A stretch of DNA of 64,000 nt. It comes from Gloeobacterales cyanobacterium. Its GTDB lineage: Bacteria > Cyanobacteriota > Cyanobacteriia > Gloeobacterales > PMM-0068. The stretch lies in NCBI GenBank assembly GCA_038245785.1, contig JBBRSB010000005.1, positions 97,128-161,127 on the forward strand. Direction: 5' to 3'. Under the pieces are notes generated by a model that had not been told where the DNA came from, searched no databases, and worked only from the letters and a program-made list of their open reading frames with translations. The first letter of the stretch is position 1; every line of letters starts with the position of its first letter. This document shows, in pieces, positions 47,288 through 57,164 of the stretch. The translations under genes were made by a program, and so were the position numbers.

Positions 47288-48217
47288 GTGAAAGCTTATT
47301 TATTGGCTGCGGGTAAAGGCTCACGCCTGCAGCCCCTGACTAATCTATTACCCAAGCCCTTGGTCCCTTTTTTGAATCACCCATTGGTGAGCTATCAGCA
47401 CTATAACTTGCTCGCCCATGTCGAGCAGGTGCGCTTCAATCTGAGCTACTTAGCTGAGCCGCTGATCCGCTATATAGAGACTACACCCCGAACTAGCTAC
47501 TCTGTGGAAGAGCAACCCTTGGGTTCTGCCCGGACAGTGTGGGCAGAGCGAGCCTATTTCGACCAAACCACCCTGGTCGCCTGTGCCGATATCGCCGCTA
47601 ATTATGATGTTGCACAGTTGCTCAAAAGACATCGCGAAACCGGAGCCAAAGTCACGATTGGGACGGTCATGGTCAGCGATCCTCGCTCTTATGGAGTGAT
47701 CGTCAGCGATGAAAAAGACCGTATCCAAGAGTTCCAAGAAAAGCCTGAGTGTCCTCTCTCCAACATGATTAGCAGCGGAATATACCTTATAGAACCCGAT
47801 GTTTTAAACCATTGGGACCCTGCCTGGGTGGACTTGGGCTCAGATGCTTTTCCTGCTTTGGTGGCTGCAGAAATTCCTGTCTATGCTTATCCCCTAGAGT
47901 GTTCTTGGCAGGATGTAGGGAAGCTTGAGGACTATCTATTGATCCAATTGCAGCGTATTGGTACAGGAAATCTCATTCATCCCACGGCCCAGGTACACCC
48001 TAGTGCCGTTCTGAAAAGGACTATTGTCGGAGCAGATGCCGTAATCGGCGCTGGGGTCCAGCTCACGAACTGCATCGTCTGGCCTGATACCTGTGTCGAA
48101 GCAGATACAAAAATGGTCATGTCCATTGTGACGCCCACGGCTACGGTGTCCCTAGATCGCCGCAAGCGAGTTGAACCTGCTTTGGTAGAGCGTCGTAAGC
48201 GGTTAGTGCAGGCATAG
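47288..48217 (+). CDS. Sugar-phosphate nucleotidyltransferase (mannose-1-P guanylyltransferase-like)
   Basis: LAAGKGSRLQPLT..LPKPLVP, EQPLGSA, FQEKP, WQDVG, short beta-helix tail. Confidence 0.88.
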   Translation: MKAYLLAAGKGSRLQPLTNLLPKPLVPFLNHPLVSYQHYNLLAHVEQVRFNLSYLAEPLIRYIETTPRTSYSVEEQPLGSARTVWAERAYFDQTTLVACADIAANYDVAQLLKRHRETGAKVTIGTVMVSDPRSYGVIVSDEKDRIQEFQEKPECPLSNMISSGIYLIEPDVLNHWDPAWVDLGSDAFPALVAAEIPVYAYPLECSWQDVGKLEDYLLIQLQRIGTGNLIHPTAQVHPSAVLKRTIVGADAVIGAGVQLTNCIVWPDTCVEADTKMVMSIVTPTATVSLDRRKRVEPALVERRKRLVQA

Positions 48218-48289
48218 TCTGCCTGCTTTGCGCTTCCAATGTGCTGAATATGAATACTTCATAAGAGCTTTGGGCATGCTTAGAAAGTG

Positions 48290-48474
48290 ACTAGCTTGAG
48301 CCTGAGTCCCGGAAGCCCCCTAAATCCCCCATAGCGAAGCTTCTCGGAGAGTATTCTGGGGGACTTTGAAGTCAGAACCCCCCTTAGCTCGCTTCCCGGA
48401 GGGTAAGTTGGGTGGCAGGGGGGCGAAGGTTGATTAATGAAAGAAGAGTCTAGTAACTAGCTTGAGCCTGAGTC
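48290..48474. mobile_element. Non-autonomous palindromic element with 19-bp flanking direct repeats and two nested 21-22-nt small dispersed repeats
   Basis: ACTAGCTTGAGCCTGAGTC at 48290-48308 and 48456-48474; inserts TAGCGAAGCTTCTCGGAGAGTA (48332-53) and TAGCTCGCTTCCCGGAGGGTA (48385-405) sit inside C-run/G-run hairpins. Confidence 0.7.
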
Positions 48475-48513
48475 GGTTTTACTATCCTCGCGCCTTATGA
48501 ACAGGACTTTTAA

Positions 48514-49572
48514 ATGTTTATGTTCCTCCGGCTGATTCCTCTGCCGCTGCTCGTACTGTTTTTTCTGGCCTTGCCGAGTCACGCTCTGCCATTTTCCATC
48601 GGAGATCGTCTTCAAATCACAATTCCGGAAGGGAAAGAATTTAGTGGCAGCTATGTGGTGGATCAACAGGGAAACCTAGAAATTCCCTATCTGGGCAATT
48701 TTCCGGTGAGCGGCCTAGAACTGGAAGAAGCAACCCAGCAATTAACCCAGGCCTTTGTCCAGAAGGGCCTCTTTCGCCGGGACTTCATCAAGGTAAATAT
48801 CCAAGTACTAGCTTGGGCTCCGGTTGAGGTAAATGTCCAGGGAGCGGTCTTTCAGACGGGCAAAACCGTTATCAATTCCCGCCCTGATGTCAGTGACGGG
48901 AAACAAAATAATATTCCGCCCGGTGATGCTGCTCTAAAACGTCATCTCAGCGAAGCGATCCAATCGGTTGGAGGAGTCACTCCAAATGCCGATTTGACCC
49001 AAGTCCGCTTGATTCGTAATCGTTCAGAACAGACTTTTGATCTAACGGGTGCTTTAACTGGAGAACCCTTTCAAGACCCTCCCTTAATTGCGGGAGATAC
49101 GATTATTGTTCCAAAGACCAAACTGTTCCAAGCGCATTTAGTTCGGCCATCCTCGATCACACCACCCGGTATTAAGGTCTTTATCTCCAACCTGACAACT
49201 CCAGCCAATAGCAACTCTAGTGCTGGAGTCGGTTCACAATCAGGCGGAATATCCATGGCCTATGGCTCGCGTTTTTCTCAAGCTGTGGTTGCAGGCAATT
49301 GTGCGGGAGGAACACGAGGCATTAATGCAGAACGTTCTGCCATCCTCATTCAAACAGACCAGCTTACAGGGAAGACTAAGACCTTAGATAGACCAGTAGA
49401 GACAATTCTGCACAAATCTAACGATGAAGACAACCCTCTATTGATGCCCAATGATGGTGTTGCCTGCTACGACTCGAGTACGACAGAGGCGCGTGATCTA
49501 TTCCGAACCTTGGCCGATGTGCTCAATCCCTTTACCCTCCTCTTCGGCAATGGATTATTTAACAAAAGATAG
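48514..49572 (+). CDS. Polysaccharide export protein (Wza/OPX with SLBB domains)
   Basis: Signal peptide, SIGDRLQI, G.LEIPYLG..V.G, VNVQGAV, GGVTPNADL..V, GDTIIVP. Confidence 0.88.
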   Translation: MFMFLRLIPLPLLVLFFLALPSHALPFSIGDRLQITIPEGKEFSGSYVVDQQGNLEIPYLGNFPVSGLELEEATQQLTQAFVQKGLFRRDFIKVNIQVLAWAPVEVNVQGAVFQTGKTVINSRPDVSDGKQNNIPPGDAALKRHLSEAIQSVGGVTPNADLTQVRLIRNRSEQTFDLTGALTGEPFQDPPLIAGDTIIVPKTKLFQAHLVRPSSITPPGIKVFISNLTTPANSNSSAGVGSQSGGISMAYGSRFSQAVVAGNCAGGTRGINAERSAILIQTDQLTGKTKTLDRPVETILHKSNDEDNPLLMPNDGVACYDSSTTEARDLFRTLADVLNPFTLLFGNGLFNKR

Positions 49573-50955
49573 ATGACAACCCTAGCGCCTAATGTCTTAA
49601 CAAAGCTCCCCCTCGAACCTAGACGATGGGGTCGCTATGCCGTGGTATCTATGGGGGCTAATTTTTTTATCTGGGCTGCTGCTTTAGGCTATCTAAAAGT
49701 TGCTCCCATTGTTTATACCTGTGAATGGTCGCTGATCCTGCCTGGTGCCGGAGCAGGCTCGAACCTCAACTTGGAAAACATCGGATCTGTTGCTTCCTCC
49801 GTCTCTTCTCCTTTTGGCGGGAATTCTTCGGTAGACCCTAAAGCCAACTACAAAGCAATTGCTGAAAGTTTCACTGTTCGTGCTGCCGCTGCTAAAAAAC
49901 TCAAACTCACTGCTGAGGAATTCGGCGAAGCAAAAATCAAATCTGTGGACCAAACTTCGGTCTTGCAGTTTACGATCACCGGCTCAAGCGGGAAAATGGC
50001 CCAGCAAAAAGCGATAGCACTTAATGAAGCCTTAGCAGAGCGCATCGAGCAGCTCAGACTGGATGAACTGGTGCGCCGTGAGAATGGCTTTAAAAGAGCG
50101 ATAGCAGAAGGTCGAAAGAAGTTAGAACAAGCCCAAAGAGCCCTCTTAATCTATAAAACGAAGACAGGCATTACTTCGAGCAACCAAGCCCAGGATTTAT
50201 CCACGCTTGTCGATGCTTTGCGCAAAGAACAAGTCCAGGTTCTATCCCAACGCAATCGCGCAAGCCGCCGCCAACAACAATTGGTCCAGAATCTAAAGAT
50301 CACGCCGCAAGAAGCGGTGGATGCATTCACCTTACAGGTGGACCCACTGTTTCTACAAAGCATGAAAGACTACAACGAAGCCGAATCGTCGCTGACTATC
50401 TACCGCTCTAAGTGGGGTGACAATCATCCCGAAGTGATTAAAGAAGTAGCCCGGCGAAGAGTCGCCCAAGAGGCCCTAATCAGGCAAACTCAGACGCTCC
50501 TCGGAAGGAAAATAGATGAGAAAAACCTACAAAGACTGAATGCAGGAAGCAGCAATCGGGCCAGTCTGATGCAAGATTTGGTGACTTCCAAAGCTGATGA
50601 AGAAGGATTGACAGGACAGAGCAAAGAACTTACCGATCAACTGTCTAAGTTCAAAAAGGAGCTGTCCACGCTATCTCGCCAGCAAGCCACGCTAGAGAGT
50701 TTACAGCGAGATTTACAGATTGCAGAAGCCGTATTTAGCTCTACTTTAGGCAAGATTGATGTGGGTAAAACAGATATCTTTGCTTCCTATCCGCTTGTTC
50801 AGACCTTAATTGAACCTGGGCTGCCCGAGGTTCCCAGTGCGCCCAAAAAGTCTTTTGTTCTGTTGGGAGCAGCCGTAGCCTCGCTTCTTACAACCGCAGG
50901 GCTTATTTTGCTATGGCTCCGTCAGAAGAGGAAAAATGAAACCACAAAACTTTGA
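49573..50955 (+). CDS. GumC/Wzc-type chain-length regulator (no kinase domain)
   Basis: N- and C-terminal TM helices, long coiled coil, KWGDNHPEV, P.LP..PSAPKK. Confidence 0.82.
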   Translation: MTTLAPNVLTKLPLEPRRWGRYAVVSMGANFFIWAAALGYLKVAPIVYTCEWSLILPGAGAGSNLNLENIGSVASSVSSPFGGNSSVDPKANYKAIAESFTVRAAAAKKLKLTAEEFGEAKIKSVDQTSVLQFTITGSSGKMAQQKAIALNEALAERIEQLRLDELVRRENGFKRAIAEGRKKLEQAQRALLIYKTKTGITSSNQAQDLSTLVDALRKEQVQVLSQRNRASRRQQQLVQNLKITPQEAVDAFTLQVDPLFLQSMKDYNEAESSLTIYRSKWGDNHPEVIKEVARRRVAQEALIRQTQTLLGRKIDEKNLQRLNAGSSNRASLMQDLVTSKADEEGLTGQSKELTDQLSKFKKELSTLSRQQATLESLQRDLQIAEAVFSSTLGKIDVGKTDIFASYPLVQTLIEPGLPEVPSAPKKSFVLLGAAVASLLTTAGLILLWLRQKRKNETTKL

Positions 50956-52273
50956 AGAAAAGGTGGTTTGGTATTCAATTATCGGAACCTATGGGTTCTA
51001 TCTCATCGGGGCTCTTTATATTCTGGCTCCAGCCATCGCCTGGATTTTAACAGGCTACTTATTTTGGAAGCTGTATAAACAAGACGACAGCACTCCCTTA
51101 GATGAACGGGTGAGACTGCCCCTAGGCGTTTGGGTCTGGATCGGGGCCATGATCTTCATGGAAGTGGCTTTGCTAGCTGCCCATCTGGATTTTTCTTTAG
51201 GTACAGATTCCGCGATTAAGTCTTCCATCGGCTGGGCCAAAGGCTGGGCGCTCCTTGCCCTCTTCCCTCTGATTGGCTGTTTAAACATCCGTCCTCAGTT
51301 GATCTATCGAGCCGCTTGTATGGTCTGTCTACAAACCCTGCTTCTATTCCCCTTTTTCTACTTGGGTTATCTCCTGCATCTACCTTCACAGCTCTACATT
51401 TCTCCTCTGCAGGCGGTAGGAGGACCAGGGCCAGAATTTTTCAGTTTTCAACTGTATGGCATTGACCCAGAAAATGGGCAACCTCGTTGGCAACTCTTTA
51501 CGCCTTGGGGACCAGCCCTTGGATTTGTTGCCAATATCTATTTCTTCTGTGCACTCCAAGAAGAAGAAACCAAGTGGCGCTGGATTGGCCTGATCGGTTG
51601 CGTGGTCATGTGCCTCGTATCTGCTTCTCGTATGGCCTTGCTGACTACCGCAGAAGTTTTTGCCTTCGCTTGGTTGATCACCAACTTTACTCGACCTGGG
51701 GTATTACTGACTTTGGGCCCTACCGCTCTGTTAGGCGGTATCCTAGCCCCAAAGATTATAGAGACCATTGAAGACCTTACCGAAGCTTTTAAAGGGGCGC
51801 GGGCAGGATCATCTCGCGTAAGGTCTACCTTAGGACGTATTGCGGTCCAACGCTGGGAGAGCGAAGCTCCAATCTGGGGGCATGGGATTGTAGAAAGAGG
51901 ACCCCACCTGGTGGAATATATGCCCATCGGCTCCCACCACAGCTGGTTCGGCCTACTTTTTGTCAAAGGGATTGTAGGGTTTTCGGCCCTGGCTGTAGCC
52001 TTGTTTTATAGCTTCCTTGACTTGTCTTTCAAAGCCCAAAAAGATGTCCATGCCAAAGTCGGATTGTGCATGATGCTCGTCATCTTTACCTACACCTTTG
52101 GCGAAAACCTCGAGATTCTGGCCTATCTCTACTGGCCGGGCCTGATCATGATCGGAATCGGATTTAAAAGCACAGCCTGGGAACAGATGTCGAATCATAT
52201 TTCACCTCCAGAAGACTCTACAGACGTTGCCAGTCAGACCTGCGTCACCTCTAGGGCAGGAGAAGTTATTTGA
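50936..52273 (+). CDS. Wzy/O-antigen ligase family polymerase
   Basis: About 10-12 TM helices, SASRMA, PIWGHG, GSHHSWFGLLFVKGIVG. Confidence 0.82.
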   Translation: MKPQNFEEKVVWYSIIGTYGFYLIGALYILAPAIAWILTGYLFWKLYKQDDSTPLDERVRLPLGVWVWIGAMIFMEVALLAAHLDFSLGTDSAIKSSIGWAKGWALLALFPLIGCLNIRPQLIYRAACMVCLQTLLLFPFFYLGYLLHLPSQLYISPLQAVGGPGPEFFSFQLYGIDPENGQPRWQLFTPWGPALGFVANIYFFCALQEEETKWRWIGLIGCVVMCLVSASRMALLTTAEVFAFAWLITNFTRPGVLLTLGPTALLGGILAPKIIETIEDLTEAFKGARAGSSRVRSTLGRIAVQRWESEAPIWGHGIVERGPHLVEYMPIGSHHSWFGLLFVKGIVGFSALAVALFYSFLDLSFKAQKDVHAKVGLCMMLVIFTYTFGENLEILAYLYWPGLIMIGIGFKSTAWEQMSNHISPPEDSTDVASQTCVTSRAGEVI

Positions 52274-53118
52274 TGACAGGATCTAATCTTTCATGGAAAA
52301 CACTGCGGCAATGGCGACAGGCATGGAGCTTATTCACTTGGCATACTATTTCTAGGTTCAAAACAATTCGGGTACGTGCCTGGCTCGACCGGATTGTCCA
52401 GAAAGGGTACTGCGAATTTGTGGTGAACGCGAAACGGGCGCTGATCTTTGCGCCCCACCAAGATGATGAAACGCTTGGCTGTGGCGGGCTGATTGCGCTC
52501 AAATCTAGACTGAATGTGCCCATCGAAGTTATTTTTCTTACCGATGGTAGTCAGTCCCACGGCAGCCGATCTAATAAGTCCAACACTACTCAAGCTCATC
52601 TATTGCATGTCCTAAAGCGCAATCAAGAGGCTGAGGCGGCCCTTGCCATCCTTGGAGTCTCACCCGCCCAGACCCACTTTCTTGACTTTGAGGATGGTGG
52701 CCTCACCTATCTCAGTGGCAAACAACGCCGAAATGCTGTCGAACGGCTAGCCAAACTTGTGCAGGACTTTGCTCCGGAGGAGGTGTACGTACCCCACCGT
52801 CAGGACCGCCACCCTGACCATGAAGCTACCTATGCTTTGGCGATCGAGGCCCTTCAGCTGGCTGGGTTAGCTACGCAAGTTACTGTCTGGCAATATCCGA
52901 TTTGGCATTTTTGGGATGCACCCCCCGGATTCACGCTGCAACGACCGGAGCTAAGCGGACTCTATAGGCTATCCATCGCTACGGTTCGCGAACAGAAACA
53001 GCGGGCTATCGCGGTCTATACCAGCCAGACGGGTGCGGGCCAGCCAGGCGTACTGCCACCAGGGCTTCTTGAACAGTTCATCGGTGGTTTTGAACTCTTC
53101 TTTCAAAAGAGGGGTTGA
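52270..53118 (+). CDS. PIG-L/LmbE family N-deacetylase
   Basis: APHQDDETLGCGG, LTDG, D.HPDH, YTSQ. Confidence 0.9.
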   Translation: MMTGSNLSWKTLRQWRQAWSLFTWHTISRFKTIRVRAWLDRIVQKGYCEFVVNAKRALIFAPHQDDETLGCGGLIALKSRLNVPIEVIFLTDGSQSHGSRSNKSNTTQAHLLHVLKRNQEAEAALAILGVSPAQTHFLDFEDGGLTYLSGKQRRNAVERLAKLVQDFAPEEVYVPHRQDRHPDHEATYALAIEALQLAGLATQVTVWQYPIWHFWDAPPGFTLQRPELSGLYRLSIATVREQKQRAIAVYTSQTGAGQPGVLPPGLLEQFIGGFELFFQKRG

Positions 53119-53122
53119 AGCC

Positions 53123-54151
53123 ATGAGGCATCTCCACCACAAACTGAGCGCTCTCCATGTGGTTACTGACTATAAATCGGGTGGAATACGTTTTAATGTC
53201 GAGGACATAGTTAGTTCTCGGCTGGCCCAAATCTTCGATTTCTCGGTGGTCCTGCTTGATGAGGCCCCCTATGTGCTAGAAGTACAGCCAGATCTGGTGC
53301 TCTTTCACTCTGCCTGCTCGTGGGCCAATATTCCAAAGCTGCTGTCATTAAAGCAACTGGGACCGGTGATTATTCAAGAGAATCACTACAATGAGGATTT
53401 TGACCAGCTCACGCCTAGCCTTGAACGTTTTCATATGATGCTACGCATCATGTATGGTCTGGCAGACCATGTCGTAGCTATTTCTGAGAATCAGGGCGAG
53501 TGGATGCTCCGTAATCAGCTTGTCAAACCGCACAAACTAACCGTTATCCCAGCCGCGAAAAATCTGGACGCTTTCCTGACTATTCCAGAGCCATCTCTCC
53601 TCTGGCCTTTGGTACTAGGAGCCTACGGCCGTTTCAGCCCGGAGAAGGGATTTGATGTCTTCCTGGAAGCACTCAGATACATCAATCTGCCTATAGGAGT
53701 CTTACTGGGAGGAGAGGGCCTTGAAGGAGACCGCCTCGCATCCATGGCTCAGGGGTTGGAGAACTTTAAATTTGTGGGTCTAGTGCACGACGTACCCGAA
53801 TTTCTAAAGCAGTGTGACATTGTGGTCTTACCTTCTCGGCGTGAAACCTGGGGATTTACCTGTATGGAAGCGAAGGCGGCGGCCCGACCTGTGGTGGCAA
53901 GCAAGGTCGGCGGCCTCAGTGAACAAGTGGTGGGCTGTGGTCTCCTGATAGCACCGGACAATCCCCGTGATTTGGCCGAGTCTATCCGCTTCCTTTGCAG
54001 CCAGGACCGGGAAATGCTTCAGTCGTTAGGTCGAGCAGGCAGACAGTCAGTGCAGGGAGCCTGGGAGCATTATCTAGAACAGTGGGATGATCTGATGCAT
54101 AGGGTTATAGGCAGTAAAAGGCCGCATAGAAGACGCCCTCAACAAACCTAA
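53123..54151 (+). CDS. GT4 glycosyltransferase
   Basis: GRFSPEKGFD, PSRRETWG...EAKAAARPVVAS.VGG. Start ATG 53123. Confidence 0.88.
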   Translation: MRHLHHKLSALHVVTDYKSGGIRFNVEDIVSSRLAQIFDFSVVLLDEAPYVLEVQPDLVLFHSACSWANIPKLLSLKQLGPVIIQENHYNEDFDQLTPSLERFHMMLRIMYGLADHVVAISENQGEWMLRNQLVKPHKLTVIPAAKNLDAFLTIPEPSLLWPLVLGAYGRFSPEKGFDVFLEALRYINLPIGVLLGGEGLEGDRLASMAQGLENFKFVGLVHDVPEFLKQCDIVVLPSRRETWGFTCMEAKAAARPVVASKVGGLSEQVVGCGLLIAPDNPRDLAESIRFLCSQDREMLQSLGRAGRQSVQGAWEHYLEQWDDLMHRVIGSKRPHRRRPQQT

Positions 54152-54367
54152 GATTAGGATAATTCAACCAAACAGCAGATCCTTACTCCAGTTCTAGCAA
54201 GGATTTCAGCACTTATCGCAAAGTGAGTTCGGTCTACAATAGATAGTGGACCTTGAAGTTGCAAATTAGGTATGAATACTACAGATAATTCCCCAATAGA
54301 AGATATGGAGTCGACGGTTACGGTATCTGTTGAAGTGGGCCTGAGTGTCCGTGGAACGGCCAATCAG

Positions 54368-54655
54368 ATGAGTTCGCCTTCACGCTACGTTATCCGCAAC
54401 TCCGAAATTTTGGGCGGAGAGCCAATTATTACAGGCACTCGTACATCCGTTCGCGCCATCGTCAGTCTGTGGCGATTGGGCATTATGCCAGAAGAGATCT
54501 TAAATCATCTGCCCCATCTGACGCTGGCACAGGTATTTGATGCCTTAAGTTTCTATCAGGATGAGCAAGCAGAGATTAATAATTACATTGAACGAAATCA
54601 AGTGCCCGATGAATTGGTGCACTCATCTGTGAAGTCAGCACTTGGTAAACCGTGA
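54368..54655 (+). CDS. DUF433 family (antitoxin-like) protein
   Basis: ILGGEPIITGTRTSVRAI, PEEIL..LPHLTLAQVFDALSFY. Start uncertain (54272-54368). Confidence 0.85.
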   Translation: MSSPSRYVIRNSEILGGEPIITGTRTSVRAIVSLWRLGIMPEEILNHLPHLTLAQVFDALSFYQDEQAEINNYIERNQVPDELVHSSVKSALGKP

Positions 54656-54685
54656 CAATTGCTTGTAAATCCTGTTCAAAAAGTT

Positions 54686-55705
54686 TCACGGCAAAGAATC
54701 CTGAACAATGCGCCTGCGTTGGAACATGCCACTTATTCTGGTAGCCACCGTATTCACTTGATGGAAGAAGGTGTTGGGTAACAGGCGTAGGAGATAGGCT
54801 GCAATCAAGGTGAGTAGCGTCCGTCTCGGTTCCTTAAAAAGGATGAGAGGATGAGCGGTGATCGCTTGATGAGTTAGAGAAACAGCTAAATCACGAAGCT
54901 GTAGACGGATGGCCGTACGGGCCAAATATAAAAGTTGATAGGTGCGGGCTATCGATTCCCATTGCGCAATCAGTTCAGGAGCATAGCTTCGGGTTTTTTC
55001 GATAACTGCTTCCCAGGAAGCAAGTTGTTGGAGTAAGCTCGCTGAGAGACCTCCAGTATTAACTCGATATAAAGTTAGCGGTTCAGGAATTCCTTCAATC
55101 AACCAAGGCGTTTGGATAGCAATGCGCAACCAGCATTCAATATCTTCAGCGCGACGCAAAGACTCATCAAAGTAGCAAGTTTCGCCCGCCGCATTCTTTC
55201 GGCCAATCAACTTGAAAACTTCCCGTCGCACTACCGGAGCTGAACCATTGCCAACAGGATTACAACAAAGCAGATAGTCCGCCGTGATGCCTGTGAGTTT
55301 GGGCATTTGATAAGTATTGAGGTCTTTCCCTGCTTCATCAATAAAGGCTGAACGGCTGAAACTAAGGCCGACCTTCGATGAGTTATCTAAATGGGCAACA
55401 TGCATTTCCAGTTTTTTAGGTGCCCACAGGTCATCTCCGTCGAGAAAAGCGAGATAGACTCCTTGGGCATGGCGAATCCCGGTATCACGGGCTCCGGACA
55501 ATCCTCTATTGCTCTGTTGAATAATCTGAATTCTGGGGTCTGTGAATTGCTGACAGATTTCTATACTGCGGTCCGGGGAGCCGTCATCAATGATTAACAG
55601 TTCAAAATTGCCATAGGTTTGTGCCAAAACAGAGCGTACGGCCTCGGCAACATATTGCTCAACGCCATACACGGGCAAAATGACAGAAACTTTCTTCTTT
55701 TCCAT
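54686..55705 (-). CDS. GT2 glycosyltransferase
   Basis: SVILPVY, IDDGSPD, NRGLSGAR, FLDGDD, EDIECWLR. Confidence 0.92.
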   Translation of the reverse strand: MEKKKVSVILPVYGVEQYVAEAVRSVLAQTYGNFELLIIDDGSPDRSIEICQQFTDPRIQIIQQSNRGLSGARDTGIRHAQGVYLAFLDGDDLWAPKKLEMHVAHLDNSSKVGLSFSRSAFIDEAGKDLNTYQMPKLTGITADYLLCCNPVGNGSAPVVRREVFKLIGRKNAAGETCYFDESLRRAEDIECWLRIAIQTPWLIEGIPEPLTLYRVNTGGLSASLLQQLASWEAVIEKTRSYAPELIAQWESIARTYQLLYLARTAIRLQLRDLAVSLTHQAITAHPLILFKEPRRTLLTLIAAYLLRLLPNTFFHQVNTVATRISGMFQRRRIVQDSLP

Positions 55706-55717
55706 CGCTTGAACTCC

Positions 55718-56986
55718 TTAGACCTGCGGTAATGGCAATCGAGTAAAGACATGGCGGGTGCCCCAGAGACTGAACAGGGGCAATAAAATGGTATGGGTTG
55801 CCAGTACGGCGATAGCCACTCCAAGACTTTGTCCTTGGACACCGATCAGCAAGCTCAGCGCAAAGATTGCGGTGAATAGAAGATTCCAGCGCAGGTCTAT
55901 GTTTGCTTTACCCACAGATAGGAGTAACTGCGAAGTAGCATCGGCAAAGGGACGAGGAATTGCCGAAAGACAAATTAGGATCAGAACTGGAATAGCCGTA
56001 ACCCATTTCTGTCCAAAAACAATCGGCACATAGAAGGGGGCCAAACTTGATTGCAAAAGGACCAAAGGAATAATCGCGAAGGCAATCGTCTTCAAACTGG
56101 TTCGATACCGTTGCCATAGCTGGGACAGATCGGAACGAACGGCACAAAGATGAGGGAGCAACGCTACGTTGATTGAGCTGATCACGCCCAAACTAATTCC
56201 TAAGCCCGCATTAAAAGCGAAATAGTAGATTCCAAGCTCTTGCAACCCCAAAAAACGGCCAATAATCAGATAGTCCATATTGTTGCGGAGCGTCTTGAGC
56301 AACTCTATGCCCAAGATATTGCGACTGAAATCTAGTAATGCTCCCCAGTGTTCTGTAATAAATTTCCCCTTGGGCCGCCAAGGGTGATTTTTGGAAATGA
56401 CATAGACCCAGATCGGAACCACCAGCACTTTAGGCAACACAATCGCCCACATCCCTAGACCTGCGAAGGCTAGGGCTAGGGACAGCAGGTTATCTACTGT
56501 AATCTGAAGCGTATTGCTTAGGGCAATCACCTTGATTCTGTTTTCTCGCTGGATCAGGGCTGATTGCACTTCAGCAAGAGGGATGAGCAAAAAGTTTGTT
56601 GCCATCAGGCAAATAGGCAAAATAATTTGGTTGTCATGATAGAACCAAGCAATCGGAAAAGCCGATAAACACTGCAAGATAAATAAACCGATAAATACTA
56701 GCCATCCCAGCCAATAGGCTGATTGAGCTAATTGTTCAATATCTTTTTCTTCAGCCTGAATTAGTTTTGCTCCAATTCCATTGCGACTGAAAACTTGGAT
56801 AAACTCGTTAGTGGTTAAAACAATGGCGGCCAAGCCAAAATCATAGGGGCTCAAGAAACGGGCTAGAGCAACAGTCGTGATCAGTCTAAATATGCGGATG
56901 ATCGCTCCTGAAGCTCCCATCCAACCAACATTGCGCACAAAAGGATTATTAAACCTATCGAATCTATCTTTGAGTTGAGCAAGCAT
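55718..56986 (-). CDS. Wzx-type flippase
   Basis: LARFLSPYDFG, MDYLIIGRFLG..ELGIYYFA, VFGQKW..A; about 12 TM helices. Confidence 0.88.
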   Translation of the reverse strand: MLAQLKDRFDRFNNPFVRNVGWMGASGAIIRIFRLITTVALARFLSPYDFGLAAIVLTTNEFIQVFSRNGIGAKLIQAEEKDIEQLAQSAYWLGWLVFIGLFILQCLSAFPIAWFYHDNQIILPICLMATNFLLIPLAEVQSALIQRENRIKVIALSNTLQITVDNLLSLALAFAGLGMWAIVLPKVLVVPIWVYVISKNHPWRPKGKFITEHWGALLDFSRNILGIELLKTLRNNMDYLIIGRFLGLQELGIYYFAFNAGLGISLGVISSINVALLPHLCAVRSDLSQLWQRYRTSLKTIAFAIIPLVLLQSSLAPFYVPIVFGQKWVTAIPVLILICLSAIPRPFADATSQLLLSVGKANIDLRWNLLFTAIFALSLLIGVQGQSLGVAIAVLATHTILLPLFSLWGTRHVFTRLPLPQV

Positions 56987-57164
56987 GATGTTGAGAATTG
57001 CCCCTCAAGGATTTGAGTCTAAGGTAGAGCTTAAGCCCAAAACTTTATAAGCCTATGCCAGGTTTAGTATTCCGCATCAGACTGAATTCATAACAGTTGT
57101 CAATAGGTTATTTATCAGTATATTAGGGAACACTTTGTTACACAGACTTAGGTGTGATTAAGCT

